DNA of 64,000 nt, taken from Candidatus Collierbacteria bacterium. Lineage in GTDB: Bacteria > Patescibacteriota > Microgenomatia > UBA1400 > JACPES01. Positions 27,141-36,204 of this stretch are shown one piece after another. The notes beneath the pieces were generated by a model. The model had not been told where the DNA came from. It searched no databases and worked only from the letters and a program-made list of their open reading frames with translations. The stretch's first letter is position 1; the number at the start of each line of letters is the position of its first letter. The stretch spans positions 105,467-169,466 of the forward strand of contig JACPES010000003.1 of assembly GCA_016183365.1 (NCBI GenBank). The letters are read 5' to 3'. The translations under genes were made by a program, and so were the position numbers.

Positions 27141-28048
27141 GCCTTTATTTTGTTTTTTTTAGTCAAGAACCAGGCAATCAAGGAAATCGGCACCCAAACC
27201 GGCGAGTAAACTCCGATCCAGATTATGGCCGAGCCGATATTACGCAGATTGGTAACCAGCGACCGCACTGCTAGTTTAAATACCACATTCGGCCGCCAGG
27301 GATCGGCCGGAGAATACGGCAGCGAAAATTCGTCGGTGGACAGATACACCGTAATTTTCGACAATTTCGCCGACTGCGACAAATACTGCTGCTGGCCTTT
27401 TATCGAATCAATTTGCGACTGCAGATTAATCAGTTCCCGCTGAACATTCAATAAATCCTGCACTTGTGTCGCTTTATCCAAAATTTCTTCAAACTTCGCT
27501 TTTGTTTTATTCAATGTCGCCAACCTAGCTTCCAAATCCACATACTGATCAGTAATATCCCTTCCCGACACATTTTCGTCAACTACTCGCAGTCCCGCCC
27601 GCCGGAATGCCTCCAACGCTTCTGTCAATTTTTCTTCCGGCACCCGCACCGTAATCGTCCCGTTGGCCGATTCCTCCGGTTTAGACAGATGAGAGTTAAC
27701 CATGTATCCGCCCAAACTCTCTGTTTTCTGCTGGATGGTTTTGAGCGACTTGGAAGCGTCTTTGACTACCATAGACAGAGTTGTTTCACGGATTATCAAC
27801 CGATCTTGTCCGGAAGTCGGTGGGGCTTCAGAATCAGGCGGCAAGATTGAGCGCATCATGTTAGCGGCTCCTCCGCCAGTTTTAGGCAAAACCGCACCTG
27901 TCATCATTTCGCCGCCGAAGCGCTGTTGATTGAGTGACAAAGGACGAATCGGTCCGGGATAATTTTGTTGCCACAATAAATAGCCGACGGCGATTATCAA
28001 TACCACCGTCAGTTTATTTGATTTGAGCCAGTTAATTAATTTGCCCAT
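27137..28048 (-). CDS. DUF4349 domain protein
   Basis: N-terminal TM helix, central coiled coil (LNVQRELINLQSQIDSIKGQ), C-terminal TM helix. Confidence 0.55.
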   Translation of the reverse strand: MGKLINWLKSNKLTVVLIIAVGYLLWQQNYPGPIRPLSLNQQRFGGEMMTGAVLPKTGGGAANMMRSILPPDSEAPPTSGQDRLIIRETTLSMVVKDASKSLKTIQQKTESLGGYMVNSHLSKPEESANGTITVRVPEEKLTEALEAFRRAGLRVVDENVSGRDITDQYVDLEARLATLNKTKAKFEEILDKATQVQDLLNVQRELINLQSQIDSIKGQQQYLSQSAKLSKITVYLSTDEFSLPYSPADPWRPNVVFKLAVRSLVTNLRNIGSAIIWIGVYSPVWVPISLIAWFLTKKNKIKA

Positions 28049-28052
28049 AAGT

Positions 28053-28358
28053 TTAGTTTACTGTCCGGCTACCTGTTTGTCCAGTCTTTGAGTTGTTATC
28101 CAATTGATCTTTAAGCACCATCAGGAATTTTTTGGCGTGAGCCGGACTCATTCCGATCCGGGCCACCACTCTGGCTTGGGGAGTATTCCCCACCCGCTGG
28201 CAAAAATCAAATACCACCCCGTCTTCGCCGGCAGTGATCAGAATATTATTGGTATACAGAATTGGAGTCGTGTCCAGATTGATAGCCAGTTGCCCGCTTG
28301 CGGGCGAGGCAGACCCCGAGTTTTTCTTGTCTTCGCTCACAAAAATATTATATACCAC
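28053..28358 (-). CDS. Hypothetical protein (DUF3467-like)
   Basis: 101 aa. Weak resemblance to DUF3467 (VVFDF ... ARIGMSPAHAKKF). Confidence 0.35.
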   Translation of the reverse strand: MVYNIFVSEDKKNSGSASPASGQLAINLDTTPILYTNNILITAGEDGVVFDFCQRVGNTPQARVVARIGMSPAHAKKFLMVLKDQLDNNSKTGQTGSRTVN

Positions 28359-28402
28359 TTTTGTTTGTGTGGTTGGTTAAAGAATAACGACTAATAAGAT
28401 AT

Positions 28403-28755
28403 ATGAACGAAGGCTGGAGAATTTCGTGCGAATGGAGGCTGCAGAATGCCAGATACGGTACGATATCAGGGGGACTACGGGGGAGTATTTGTCCGGAAGG
28501 ACATTTACAGTTTCCGCCTAGAGAAATTTGCCCCGAATGCGCGGCAATTGGATATCATGGCTTGCGCCAATTTGATGAGAAGCCGGGAACTGTTGAAATA
28601 AAGCAATTTGAGCCATTGTTTTATCGGCAGAGACGACTGCTGCCGTAGAAAACTTATGATGAAGATCGTTGAGCTATCAGGCAAAGGAACTATTTATTCC
28701 TGGACAAGAGTCGGGAGGGATCATGCCTCGGCGAATACAAAACTTCAATTATTTA
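28403..28755 (+). pseudogene. Fragmented DUF35-type zinc-ribbon/OB-fold gene remnant
   Basis: One frame has the zinc-ribbon segment LQFPPREICPECAA. Another frame, downstream, has the OB-fold segment MKIVELSGKGTIYSWTRV. Interrupted by stops and frame changes, and truncated at the family B palindrome. Confidence 0.35.
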
Positions 28756-28770
28756 AATAATTGAAGTTTT
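28739..28770. terminator. Family B palindrome aaaacttcaattatttaaataattgaagtttt, a candidate bidirectional terminator
   Basis: 13-bp AT-rich stem flanked by A-tract and T-tract. Overlaps the stop of the convergent NUDIX gene. Confidence 0.45.
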
Positions 28771-29268
28771 TCCCCAGCTTTCAATTGCGGCGACGTTTGA
28801 AGAAAAGGCCATGTCCGGCAAATTATTTGGTTCAAACCAGCCGACTTCGACGACGTCACTGCCTTCGACTGCTTTTATTTCGCCATCGGGAATTTTAACT
28901 TCATAATAAATATCGGTGTTATATACATCTTGGCCTCCGAACGGATAATAGGTTGGTCCAAAAATGCCGGCCAACCTGACAATTTCTATTTCAATTTTCA
29001 GTTCTTCCCGCATTTCTCTTTTTATGCCCTCTTCTGCCAATTCCTGTTCTTCTAAAAATCCTCCCGGCAAATCCCATTTCCCCGCAAACGGCCCGGCCGC
29101 GCGCTTGCACAGCAGTACTTTCTTACTCTTGGCAATAATCGCCGATACCGTCGGCCGGGGATTATGGTAATGGACCCATCCGCATTTGCCGCATTTCTCC
29201 CGTGGAAATCCATCTTCGGTAAACGGCTCCATCCCCGTCCCGCATAAAGGACAAAACCTAAAAGTCAT
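28753..29268 (-). CDS. NUDIX hydrolase with an N-terminal zinc ribbon (NudC-like)
   Basis: CPLCG ... CGKCG zinc ribbon, then the Nudix box GGFLEEQELAEEGIKREMREELKIE. Confidence 0.75.
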   Translation of the reverse strand: MTFRFCPLCGTGMEPFTEDGFPREKCGKCGWVHYHNPRPTVSAIIAKSKKVLLCKRAAGPFAGKWDLPGGFLEEQELAEEGIKREMREELKIEIEIVRLAGIFGPTYYPFGGQDVYNTDIYYEVKIPDGEIKAVEGSDVVEVGWFEPNNLPDMAFSSNVAAIESWGKTSII

Positions 29269-29344
29269 AATTTGATTGTATCGTATCGGATGAAAGACGG
29301 TTTGAGAGGCCTGGCCTTGCGAAGTAAGGCCAGGCCTTATTTGA

Positions 29345-30127
29345 TTAGCAATTTTTTGCCTTGCGCCAGCCGGCAGAGATGGCTTCTGATTCGGCGCAAA
29401 ACCAGCGTTCCCCGCGGGAGTCGTCTATCGCTGTTTTGTCGTATGAGCCACAGCCGGGAAGATGATAAATTTTTTCGCCGGAGGCAGAAATATTGCCTTT
29501 GATAAAACAATCGCCGGAAACTTCCGCATCCAGGCGGACAGGTGAAGAGGTCGGGTCCTGCGGAACAGGATCTCGCTCCGCGAGACAAGAACTCCATAAG
29601 CCCAGATTTTTTTCTCGGGCTTTGGCTTGGGCGACAACGAATAAATCCTGGAATTTCACATCCGGTGGGTAACTGTAAGAATGAGCAAAACCTTGTTTGA
29701 CTAATTCCAAGTTAACGAATACTGACGATTCTTGATCCGGATCGCCTAAATAAACATATCGCAATGATCGGCCGTATTTATCCTTGTCGGTTATATCTTT
29801 GGTTAGCCACACCGGTTTTCCTTCCACCAATTCTCTGTTTTTCTGCGCCGCCTCTTTGCCAAAACACTGGATCGGCTTTCTTGGATCCAAAGTCTCCGGC
29901 GTATCAATCCCGATATATCTAATTTTTTCTCCGTTTTCCAATTCTATGGTGTCGCCATCGATAACCCGTTTAACATTGATACCCTCTGATTTCGTTTCGA
30001 TAGTCAATTGCGGAGACTGCAAAATATTAGGTATAAGGGTTACCCGAGTTCGTTTTCCCAGCCAAAACCCGATCCCCAACAGAATAATTCCCAGCAGTAT
30101 TAAAATCGGCCAGCCTAGCTTAATCAT
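29345..30127 (-). CDS. Thermonuclease (SNase-like) family protein with a C-terminal Cys-containing domain
   Basis: N-terminal TM helix, VIDGDTIELENGEKIRYIGIDTPE, and a C-terminal GDCFIKGNIS ... WFCAESEAISAGWR domain. Confidence 0.7.
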   Translation of the reverse strand: MIKLGWPILILLGIILLGIGFWLGKRTRVTLIPNILQSPQLTIETKSEGINVKRVIDGDTIELENGEKIRYIGIDTPETLDPRKPIQCFGKEAAQKNRELVEGKPVWLTKDITDKDKYGRSLRYVYLGDPDQESSVFVNLELVKQGFAHSYSYPPDVKFQDLFVVAQAKAREKNLGLWSSCLAERDPVPQDPTSSPVRLDAEVSGDCFIKGNISASGEKIYHLPGCGSYDKTAIDDSRGERWFCAESEAISAGWRKAKNC

Positions 30128-30334
30128 TCAATTTGGACTGATCGGCCCTGACACGCTTCTCCCGACAGGCTTGAATTTTTTATTTACTTCGCTAATAGTC
30201 TGTCTCTCATCGGGATTTAAATCTTTAGACCCCCTATTCTTTGCGCTGAACAATTTGGCCAAAAATTCCTCTTCTTCTTTTGAGACCCGATTCCCGCCGG
30301 TGTTCACGGACGGTAAATCTTTTTCGCCTTCCAT
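30128..30334 (-). CDS. Hypothetical small protein
   Basis: ORF only. Confidence 0.25.
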   Translation of the reverse strand: MEGEKDLPSVNTGGNRVSKEEEEFLAKLFSAKNRGSKDLNPDERQTISEVNKKFKPVGRSVSGPISPN

Positions 30335-30340
30335 TCTATC

Positions 30341-31390
30341 TCACCCCCCTGCTAACAAATTTGTTCTCAACAATGTCCATCTGATTTTATCTGCTAAATT
30401 ATAAATAGTATAAATAGGCTGATTGAGGACTAAGTCCCAAGTGCCGACAAATTCAACCAATTTTCCGCCATAACCTTCTTTGAAGCGATGAAATCCGTAC
30501 CACTGGTCTTTGATATCGGGCTCCGGCCCCAAACTTCCCCAGAAGTCGAACATTTTGCAGCCGGATTTTTTGGCCATCAGCAATGCCCGCCAAGCCACCA
30601 GGTTGCTCGCCATCAATTCCCGGTTTTCACTTGAACTGGCGCCGTAAGGATAGTACCCGATGCCATTGAAGAAAAACAAAATCCAGGCGGATAAAACTGG
30701 TTGTTGGTTATTAGTTGTTAGTTGTTGGGGCAGTCTGGCGACCAATAAATGAGCGATGCCAGCGGATTTCATAGTTTTCCACATCAATTGGCGGTATTTC
30801 CGGCCATGGGCGTAAAAGCGTTGGCGTGAAGTTGTTTCTTCCGTCAATTTCTGAAACGCTTCAAACGCTTCATCCGAATTATCCTCCTTAACGACAATCC
30901 CCTTCTTTTCTGCCAGCCGAATGTTGTAACGGGTTTTGGGCCTCATTGTCGCCATCAGCTCGTCTTCAGATTTAGTCAAGTCAAGTTGAAAAGAAAATGG
31001 AGTAAACAAAGACTTCCCAGATTTCAATCCTAAATCTGATAAGGCCTGGCCTTGAAACTCCAAGGTCAAGCCTTTATGGACTTGAATGTTCGGTTCGAAT
31101 TTTACGAATATGCAATTATATTTTTTTACTTCTGATTTAACCGCATCAATCCATTCTTTATCCAACATTATTCCTCTGGGACAATATCCAATCGTCCACT
31201 TCGTGCGGGGAATTTGGTGAATTGAGATTTGTATCCCCTCAATTAATTTGCCACCTGTAAATTTCCCTAAGCGGATAACCTTTTGCCCCAACTTCTCCCG
31301 AAATTCCCCCCAGCTCCAGGATTGGAGAGGGTGGGCTGCTGTTTTGTCAAATTCTTGACGGAAGTCTGTGTCAACTGTTTTGATTTCCAT
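30341..31390 (-). CDS. FemAB-family peptidoglycan interpeptide-bridge aminoacyltransferase
   Basis: MRPKTRYNIRLAEKKG and a YYPYGASS region typical of FemAB/FemX. Carries a low-complexity insert QQLTTNNQQP. Confidence 0.65.
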   Translation of the reverse strand: MEIKTVDTDFRQEFDKTAAHPLQSWSWGEFREKLGQKVIRLGKFTGGKLIEGIQISIHQIPRTKWTIGYCPRGIMLDKEWIDAVKSEVKKYNCIFVKFEPNIQVHKGLTLEFQGQALSDLGLKSGKSLFTPFSFQLDLTKSEDELMATMRPKTRYNIRLAEKKGIVVKEDNSDEAFEAFQKLTEETTSRQRFYAHGRKYRQLMWKTMKSAGIAHLLVARLPQQLTTNNQQPVLSAWILFFFNGIGYYPYGASSSENRELMASNLVAWRALLMAKKSGCKMFDFWGSLGPEPDIKDQWYGFHRFKEGYGGKLVEFVGTWDLVLNQPIYTIYNLADKIRWTLLRTNLLAGG

Positions 31391-31480
31391 AAATTTTTAT
31401 TTTTCCTGTCATTCCTACGAAAGCAGTAATCTATTTATATGATATATAGATTCCGGATCAAGTCCGGAATGACAATGGAT

Positions 31481-33343
31481 TTACACTCTCTCTAAATTCT
31501 CCTCCCCGATTTCAGAAATAAACCGGCTCGGGATCGATATTCCCCTGGATCCAAAATACATCCGGTTTCTGGCGTTAGTCAAATATAAATTATCCATGGC
31601 CCGGGTAATCCCGACGTACATCAGCCGTCTTTCTTCTTCGACGTCCTCTGATTTTAATAAGCTGCGACTATGAGGCAGCAAGCCTTCTTCCAATCCTGAC
31701 AAAAATACCGTCGGGAACTCCAAACCTTTGGCGGCATGAAGCGTCATCAAAGTGACGGCGTCGGTTTCGCCGCTGCGGCGGCGCATTTGTTGATCCTCAA
31801 GTAAAGCCACCTGCTCTAAAAATCTTCCTAAGTCAGGATAATTTTCCGCCACAGACAACAATTCTTTGACGTTTTCTATCCGACCGACGTCTTCCGGGTC
31901 TTCCGGATCCAGTTTATCTAAGTATTTAGTGGCGGCGATGACTCCTTCCAAAATCTCCCGGGTGGTTTTGATGATCAAGTTATCTATGAATTTACGGAAT
32001 TCCTGATAACGTTTTTGGCCGATTTTTAGAGCTCTAGTTAAAGACAGTTTATCTGCCGGATTATAAATTAATCTTAAATACGCCAGACAATCTTTTATTT
32101 CCGCCCGTTCGTAAAATCTGATCCCTCCGACCAAAATATACGGAATACCTGCTCCCAACAGGGCTTCTTCAAAAATCCGGGATTGGGCGTTGGTCCGGTA
32201 CAGGACCGAAAAATCTTTAAACTTAAATTGACCATTTGCCTTGGCCTTTTCATAACCGATTGAGGTGACTACGAATTTGGCTTCTTCCAGTTCTGAAAGA
32301 GCGGTATAAAGCTTTGGTTTGAAAACTGATTTTTTGTCGGTCCAGAGTTTTAAAATCGGATGCTGTTTATTGCGGGAAATCAGGCTGTGGGCGGCGTCTA
32401 ATATCGGTTGATTGGAACGGTAATTTCTCTCCAGCCTGATTTCTTTTAGATTCGGATAATCTTTTTTTAAATTCATTAAATTCCGAAAATTAGCCCCGCG
32501 GAAAGTGTAAATGGACTGCGACATATCTCCGACCACGGTGATATTATTGTATCTACCTGATAATTGCTTGGCCAATTTGTACTGGACGGAATTGGTATCC
32601 TGATATTCATCTATTAATAAATATTTAATTTGCTCCTGATAGCGGGATAATAGCTCCTGATCGCGGTTGAATAATCTAACGGTTTCAAACAGCAAATCGT
32701 CAAAATCCAGTCCGCCGGATTGGGTCAACCGCTTTTGATATTCGCTGTAAATTTTGGCGATGGTTTCCTGCCACTCGCCGCTACTTACCCCCATATATTC
32801 AACCGGAGTCACCATCTCATTTTTAGCCTCGGAGATTATGGCCGAAACCGAATTGGGGCGGAATTTTTTGGAATTTAATTTAGAATCGGAAATGATTTCT
32901 TTAATCAATTGGCGCCGATCCTCCTCGTCGTAAATCAGCCATTCCGGTTTTAATCCGGCGCGGGAGGCATGTTTTCTTAAAATCCAGGCGCACCAGGAGT
33001 GGAAGGTGCCGGAAAATGGTAGGGATAAGTTGTTAGTTGTTAGTTGTCCCGCGAAGCGGGATCCTGCTTCGCCAAGTACAGTCCTGTACCTGGCTTCGCA
33101 GGATTGATTGTTGAGCAGAGTCTCAACTCTGCGTTTCATTTCGCCAGCGGCCTTGTTGGTAAAGGTCAGCAGCAATATTTTATCCGGATCTACCAGTTTT
33201 TCGGACATTAACCAGGCTACCCGGTAAGTTAAGCAGCGGGTTTTGCCGCTGCCGGCTCCGGCTAAGATTAATAGCGGTCCGTCGCCGTGAGTGACGGCTA
33301 ACCGCTGTTCTGGATTTAGCTCTGATAAAAACTCTCGCGTCAT
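31481..33343 (-). CDS. uvrD: ATP-dependent DNA helicase UvrD/PcrA
   Basis: AGAGSGKTRCLT Walker A, TFTNKAAGEM, DEYQDTN and other SF1 motifs. Carries an in-frame insert of about 22 aa between motifs Ia and Ib. Confidence 0.9.
   Translation of the reverse strand: MTREFLSELNPEQRLAVTHGDGPLLILAGAGSGKTRCLTYRVAWLMSEKLVDPDKILLLTFTNKAAGEMKRRVETLLNNQSCEARYRTVLGEAGSRFAGQLTTNNLSLPFSGTFHSWCAWILRKHASRAGLKPEWLIYDEEDRRQLIKEIISDSKLNSKKFRPNSVSAIISEAKNEMVTPVEYMGVSSGEWQETIAKIYSEYQKRLTQSGGLDFDDLLFETVRLFNRDQELLSRYQEQIKYLLIDEYQDTNSVQYKLAKQLSGRYNNITVVGDMSQSIYTFRGANFRNLMNLKKDYPNLKEIRLERNYRSNQPILDAAHSLISRNKQHPILKLWTDKKSVFKPKLYTALSELEEAKFVVTSIGYEKAKANGQFKFKDFSVLYRTNAQSRIFEEALLGAGIPYILVGGIRFYERAEIKDCLAYLRLIYNPADKLSLTRALKIGQKRYQEFRKFIDNLIIKTTREILEGVIAATKYLDKLDPEDPEDVGRIENVKELLSVAENYPDLGRFLEQVALLEDQQMRRRSGETDAVTLMTLHAAKGLEFPTVFLSGLEEGLLPHSRSLLKSEDVEEERRLMYVGITRAMDNLYLTNARNRMYFGSRGISIPSRFISEIGEENLERV
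33027..33102. repeat. GC-rich double-hairpin element inserted in frame inside uvrD
   Basis: gttgtCCCGCgaaGCGGGatCCTGC ... GCAGGa. Same architecture as the copies at 37538-37590, 37626-37678 and 38047-38087. Confidence 0.6.
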
Positions 33344-33358
33344 TGGTATAATCGTACC

Positions 33359-34069
33359 ATGCCCTTTGATCTGATAGTTGCTAATTGGAAAGCCAATAAA
33401 AACGAGAAAGAGGTAATTAGTTGGATGGAGAGGTTTTCTTCCAAGAAGTTTGAATTAAAGAATTTGCAGGTGGCGATTTGCCCGCCGGCGGTTCATTTTT
33501 CGTTAGTTCAATCTTTGATTCAGCAACATAATCTTTCAATTAACGTAACGGTCGGTTTGCAGGACGTTTCTGCGTATCCCGGCGGAGCTTACACCGGGGA
33601 AATCACCGCCAGAATGGCCGCTAAATCAGCTTCTTACGCTATATTGGGACATTCGGAAAGAAGAAAATGGTTTAAGGAAACGGTTCAGCAAACCGCTCAA
33701 AAAGTAATTCAGGCTTTGGACAATAATATTATTCCGATTGTGTCGATGGACCGGGAAAACTTCCGTCAACAATTGGGGCAGTTTGACAATGACATATTGG
33801 CCAAAATTATGATTATGTATGAACCGCCGGAAGCCATTAGCGTTCAGGAGGGGCCGATCGGCAAGGGAAAATCAGCTGAAATTACAGATATTGAAGACAT
33901 GATTAAAGTTTTCAACCATTTGGCGCCAAAAACGAAGATTCTTTACGGCGGAAGCGTCAAAAGCGCCAATATTACCAATTTTTCATCTTTGCCGAGATTA
34001 TCCGGAGTCGTAGTCGGCAGCGCCAGTTTGAATCCTGATGAATTTATCAAAATTATCCGCCAGATTTAA
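33359..34069 (+). CDS. tpiA: Triosephosphate isomerase
   Basis: ANWKAN, AYEPPEAI, and the active-site region. Confidence 0.8.
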   Translation: MPFDLIVANWKANKNEKEVISWMERFSSKKFELKNLQVAICPPAVHFSLVQSLIQQHNLSINVTVGLQDVSAYPGGAYTGEITARMAAKSASYAILGHSERRKWFKETVQQTAQKVIQALDNNIIPIVSMDRENFRQQLGQFDNDILAKIMIMYEPPEAISVQEGPIGKGKSAEITDIEDMIKVFNHLAPKTKILYGGSVKSANITNFSSLPRLSGVVVGSASLNPDEFIKIIRQI

Positions 34070-34073
34070 CGTT

Positions 34074-35207
34074 ATGAAGCGCCAATTGGTGCCCTATAGG
34101 CTGCCGGTTTTTTGGGCGTCGATTATTGTTTTAGTTGTGGCGGTAGGAATTATTTTAGTGAAAATTGTTTTACCGCTGGTTTCCGCGGCCGGAAATTACC
34201 TTTTTAAACCCTTGTCGACAATTTCGATTCTCAAAGATCCGGCCGGGGCCTTAAAATCAAATGACGGCCGGACAAATATTTTAATTTTGGGCCGGGGCGG
34301 AGCGTCGCACGAAGCCCCTGATTTGACGGATACGATGATTGTTTTATCTACCAGGTTAAAAGATAAGCAAATCAGCTCCATTTCAATTCCCCGCGACATT
34401 TGGATCAATTCTATGAAAGCCAAGATAAATTCGGCCTACTATTACGGCGAGAAAAAACAGCCGGGGGGCGGATTAATTTTGGCCCGGGACGCGGTATTTC
34501 AAGTTACCGATCTGCCGATTCATTACGCCATATTGGTTGATTTTGAAGGGTTTAAGAAAGCTATAGATTTGGTTGGCGGGGTGGAGGTGGAGGTAAAGAG
34601 GGGGTTTACGGATGAGAAATACCCTGTGGAACAAGGATTAGCCCCAAACCAATTTTCCTTCGCGCCGGAGGCTTCCAGCCTCGCGCTCGCGAAGAGCGAT
34701 GGTTCGGGGTTCGGACGTACAGGCGTCCCGCTTAACGGGACGGGTCCGTCCGAAGTTTATGAGACGGTGAAGTTTGAGGCTGGATGGCAACAGATGGACG
34801 GAGATACGGCCTTGAGATTTGCCAGGTCCAGATATAGTAATGACCCGGAAGAAGGCAGTGATTTTGCCAGGTCCCGGCGGCAGCAGCAGATTTTGGTGGC
34901 TTTGGCCTTAAAAATAAAGCAAAAAGAAACCGTCTTGAATGCCGATAGAATTAAACAACTGCGTCAGATTTTCGACGACTATACCGAAACCGATTTAGGA
35001 GATGACGAAATGTTGGCTTTGGGGAGAATCGGAATCGGAATAAATTTATCCCAGATCCAACAGATTTCTTTAGACGAAGGAACTAAAGAACAGCAGGGAT
35101 TGTTGATTAATCCGCCGACTTCTAAATATGGACAATGGGTGTTGGAGCCGCGAGCCATGGATTGGTCAGAAGTTCAAAAATATATCAATTCTCAACTTGA
35201 ACAATAA
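34074..35207 (+). CDS. LytR-CpsA-Psr (LCP) family protein
   Basis: TM helix, NILILGRGGASHEAPDLTDTMIV, IPRD, and LDGDTALRFARSR. Contains a GC-rich insert of about 35 aa. Confidence 0.8.
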   Translation: MKRQLVPYRLPVFWASIIVLVVAVGIILVKIVLPLVSAAGNYLFKPLSTISILKDPAGALKSNDGRTNILILGRGGASHEAPDLTDTMIVLSTRLKDKQISSISIPRDIWINSMKAKINSAYYYGEKKQPGGGLILARDAVFQVTDLPIHYAILVDFEGFKKAIDLVGGVEVEVKRGFTDEKYPVEQGLAPNQFSFAPEASSLALAKSDGSGFGRTGVPLNGTGPSEVYETVKFEAGWQQMDGDTALRFARSRYSNDPEEGSDFARSRRQQQILVALALKIKQKETVLNADRIKQLRQIFDDYTETDLGDDEMLALGRIGIGINLSQIQQISLDEGTKEQQGLLINPPTSKYGQWVLEPRAMDWSEVQKYINSQLEQ

Positions 35208-35679
35208 TGATAAGCCTTCAGGATATTAAAGAATCATTGTTAACGAAGAATAAATTTTGGATTGTGTTTACCGGCGATTCGATAACCAGTTGCGAGTGGA
35301 TTCACCCAAAAAGGCTAATAACTGCGGATCGAAAGTAATTTGGTGCACTTCAACTCCGGCCGGAAAAAACTCTAAGAAAAATCCAGAATATGAGTCTTAT
35401 GCCAAAGTCTGCATGAGTATTCCGGAAAATGACAGTCTTCAATTGATTGACTTATTCAATATTTACCAGCAGTTTCCACTGAAAAGAATATTTACATTTA
35501 TATCTGAAGAAAATCAGGTTGAAGGCATTAAGGTCGGAGAGATAGACTTACAGCATCTAAATCAACTCGGCAATGCTTATATCGCCAAGGTAATTTTAGA
35601 AAAGGCTTTTTCCGTCGGATTTGATCCGGAGAAATATATAAAAGAAACTCTGTCCGGTGAAAAGTATCCGGGATATTGA
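35208..35679 (+). pseudogene. SGNH/GDSL hydrolase gene disrupted by a frameshift
   Basis: Frame 1 (35208-35339) carries the block I motif FWIVFTGDSITSCEW and then stops. The 140-aa ORF continues in another frame. Confidence 0.4.
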
Positions 35680-35775
35680 GATTATTGCATTGGATAGGTA
35701 CATAGCAGGAGAAACCAAAAAATAATCTTTCCAAAATAAATATTTTTCAGTCAGTGTTTGCGCCTTACAGAAAAC

Positions 35776-35801
35776 ACTTCAATTATTTAAATAATTAAAG
35801 T
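35776..35801. repeat. Family B palindrome acttcaattatttaaataattaaagt (one mismatch)
   Basis: Inverted repeat read directly. Lies 20 bp from the family A copy at 35821. Confidence 0.45.
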
Positions 35802-35820
35802 AGTATGCCTCACACGCAGA

Positions 35821-35854
35821 ATATATATCGATATTTTAAAATATCGATATATAT
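35821..35854. repeat. Family A perfect 34-bp palindrome atatatatcgatattttaaaatatcgatatatat
   Basis: Inverted repeat read directly. About 350 bp upstream of gap. Confidence 0.5.
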
Positions 35855-36204
35855 CTATTGGCGTAATGTTCCAATATGACAACTAAAAATAGAATTCTGA
35901 TATTGGCTCTATCCTAATTTGACAACCATTAACCAGAAGATATAATAACCGTCACGATGCCAAACAAACAGCAATTTAGCCATTCTCCAGAAGAGATATC
36001 AATGGTGATCCCCAAGATGCTATTGCAGTTATGTTTGCTAATATCCCCGTAGCTAGAGTTAAATTCTCTAGGGGCGAAGTAAAAATCTAAAACTACTTCG
36101 CGTGAAACAATTCTATTGTTATATAGTATAGTATTTCTTTATCAGAAGAAGAACAGAATTAAACCTGTTGCGCTTGAGGTAGAGACAAGATAAGATGAGA
36201 TGTA

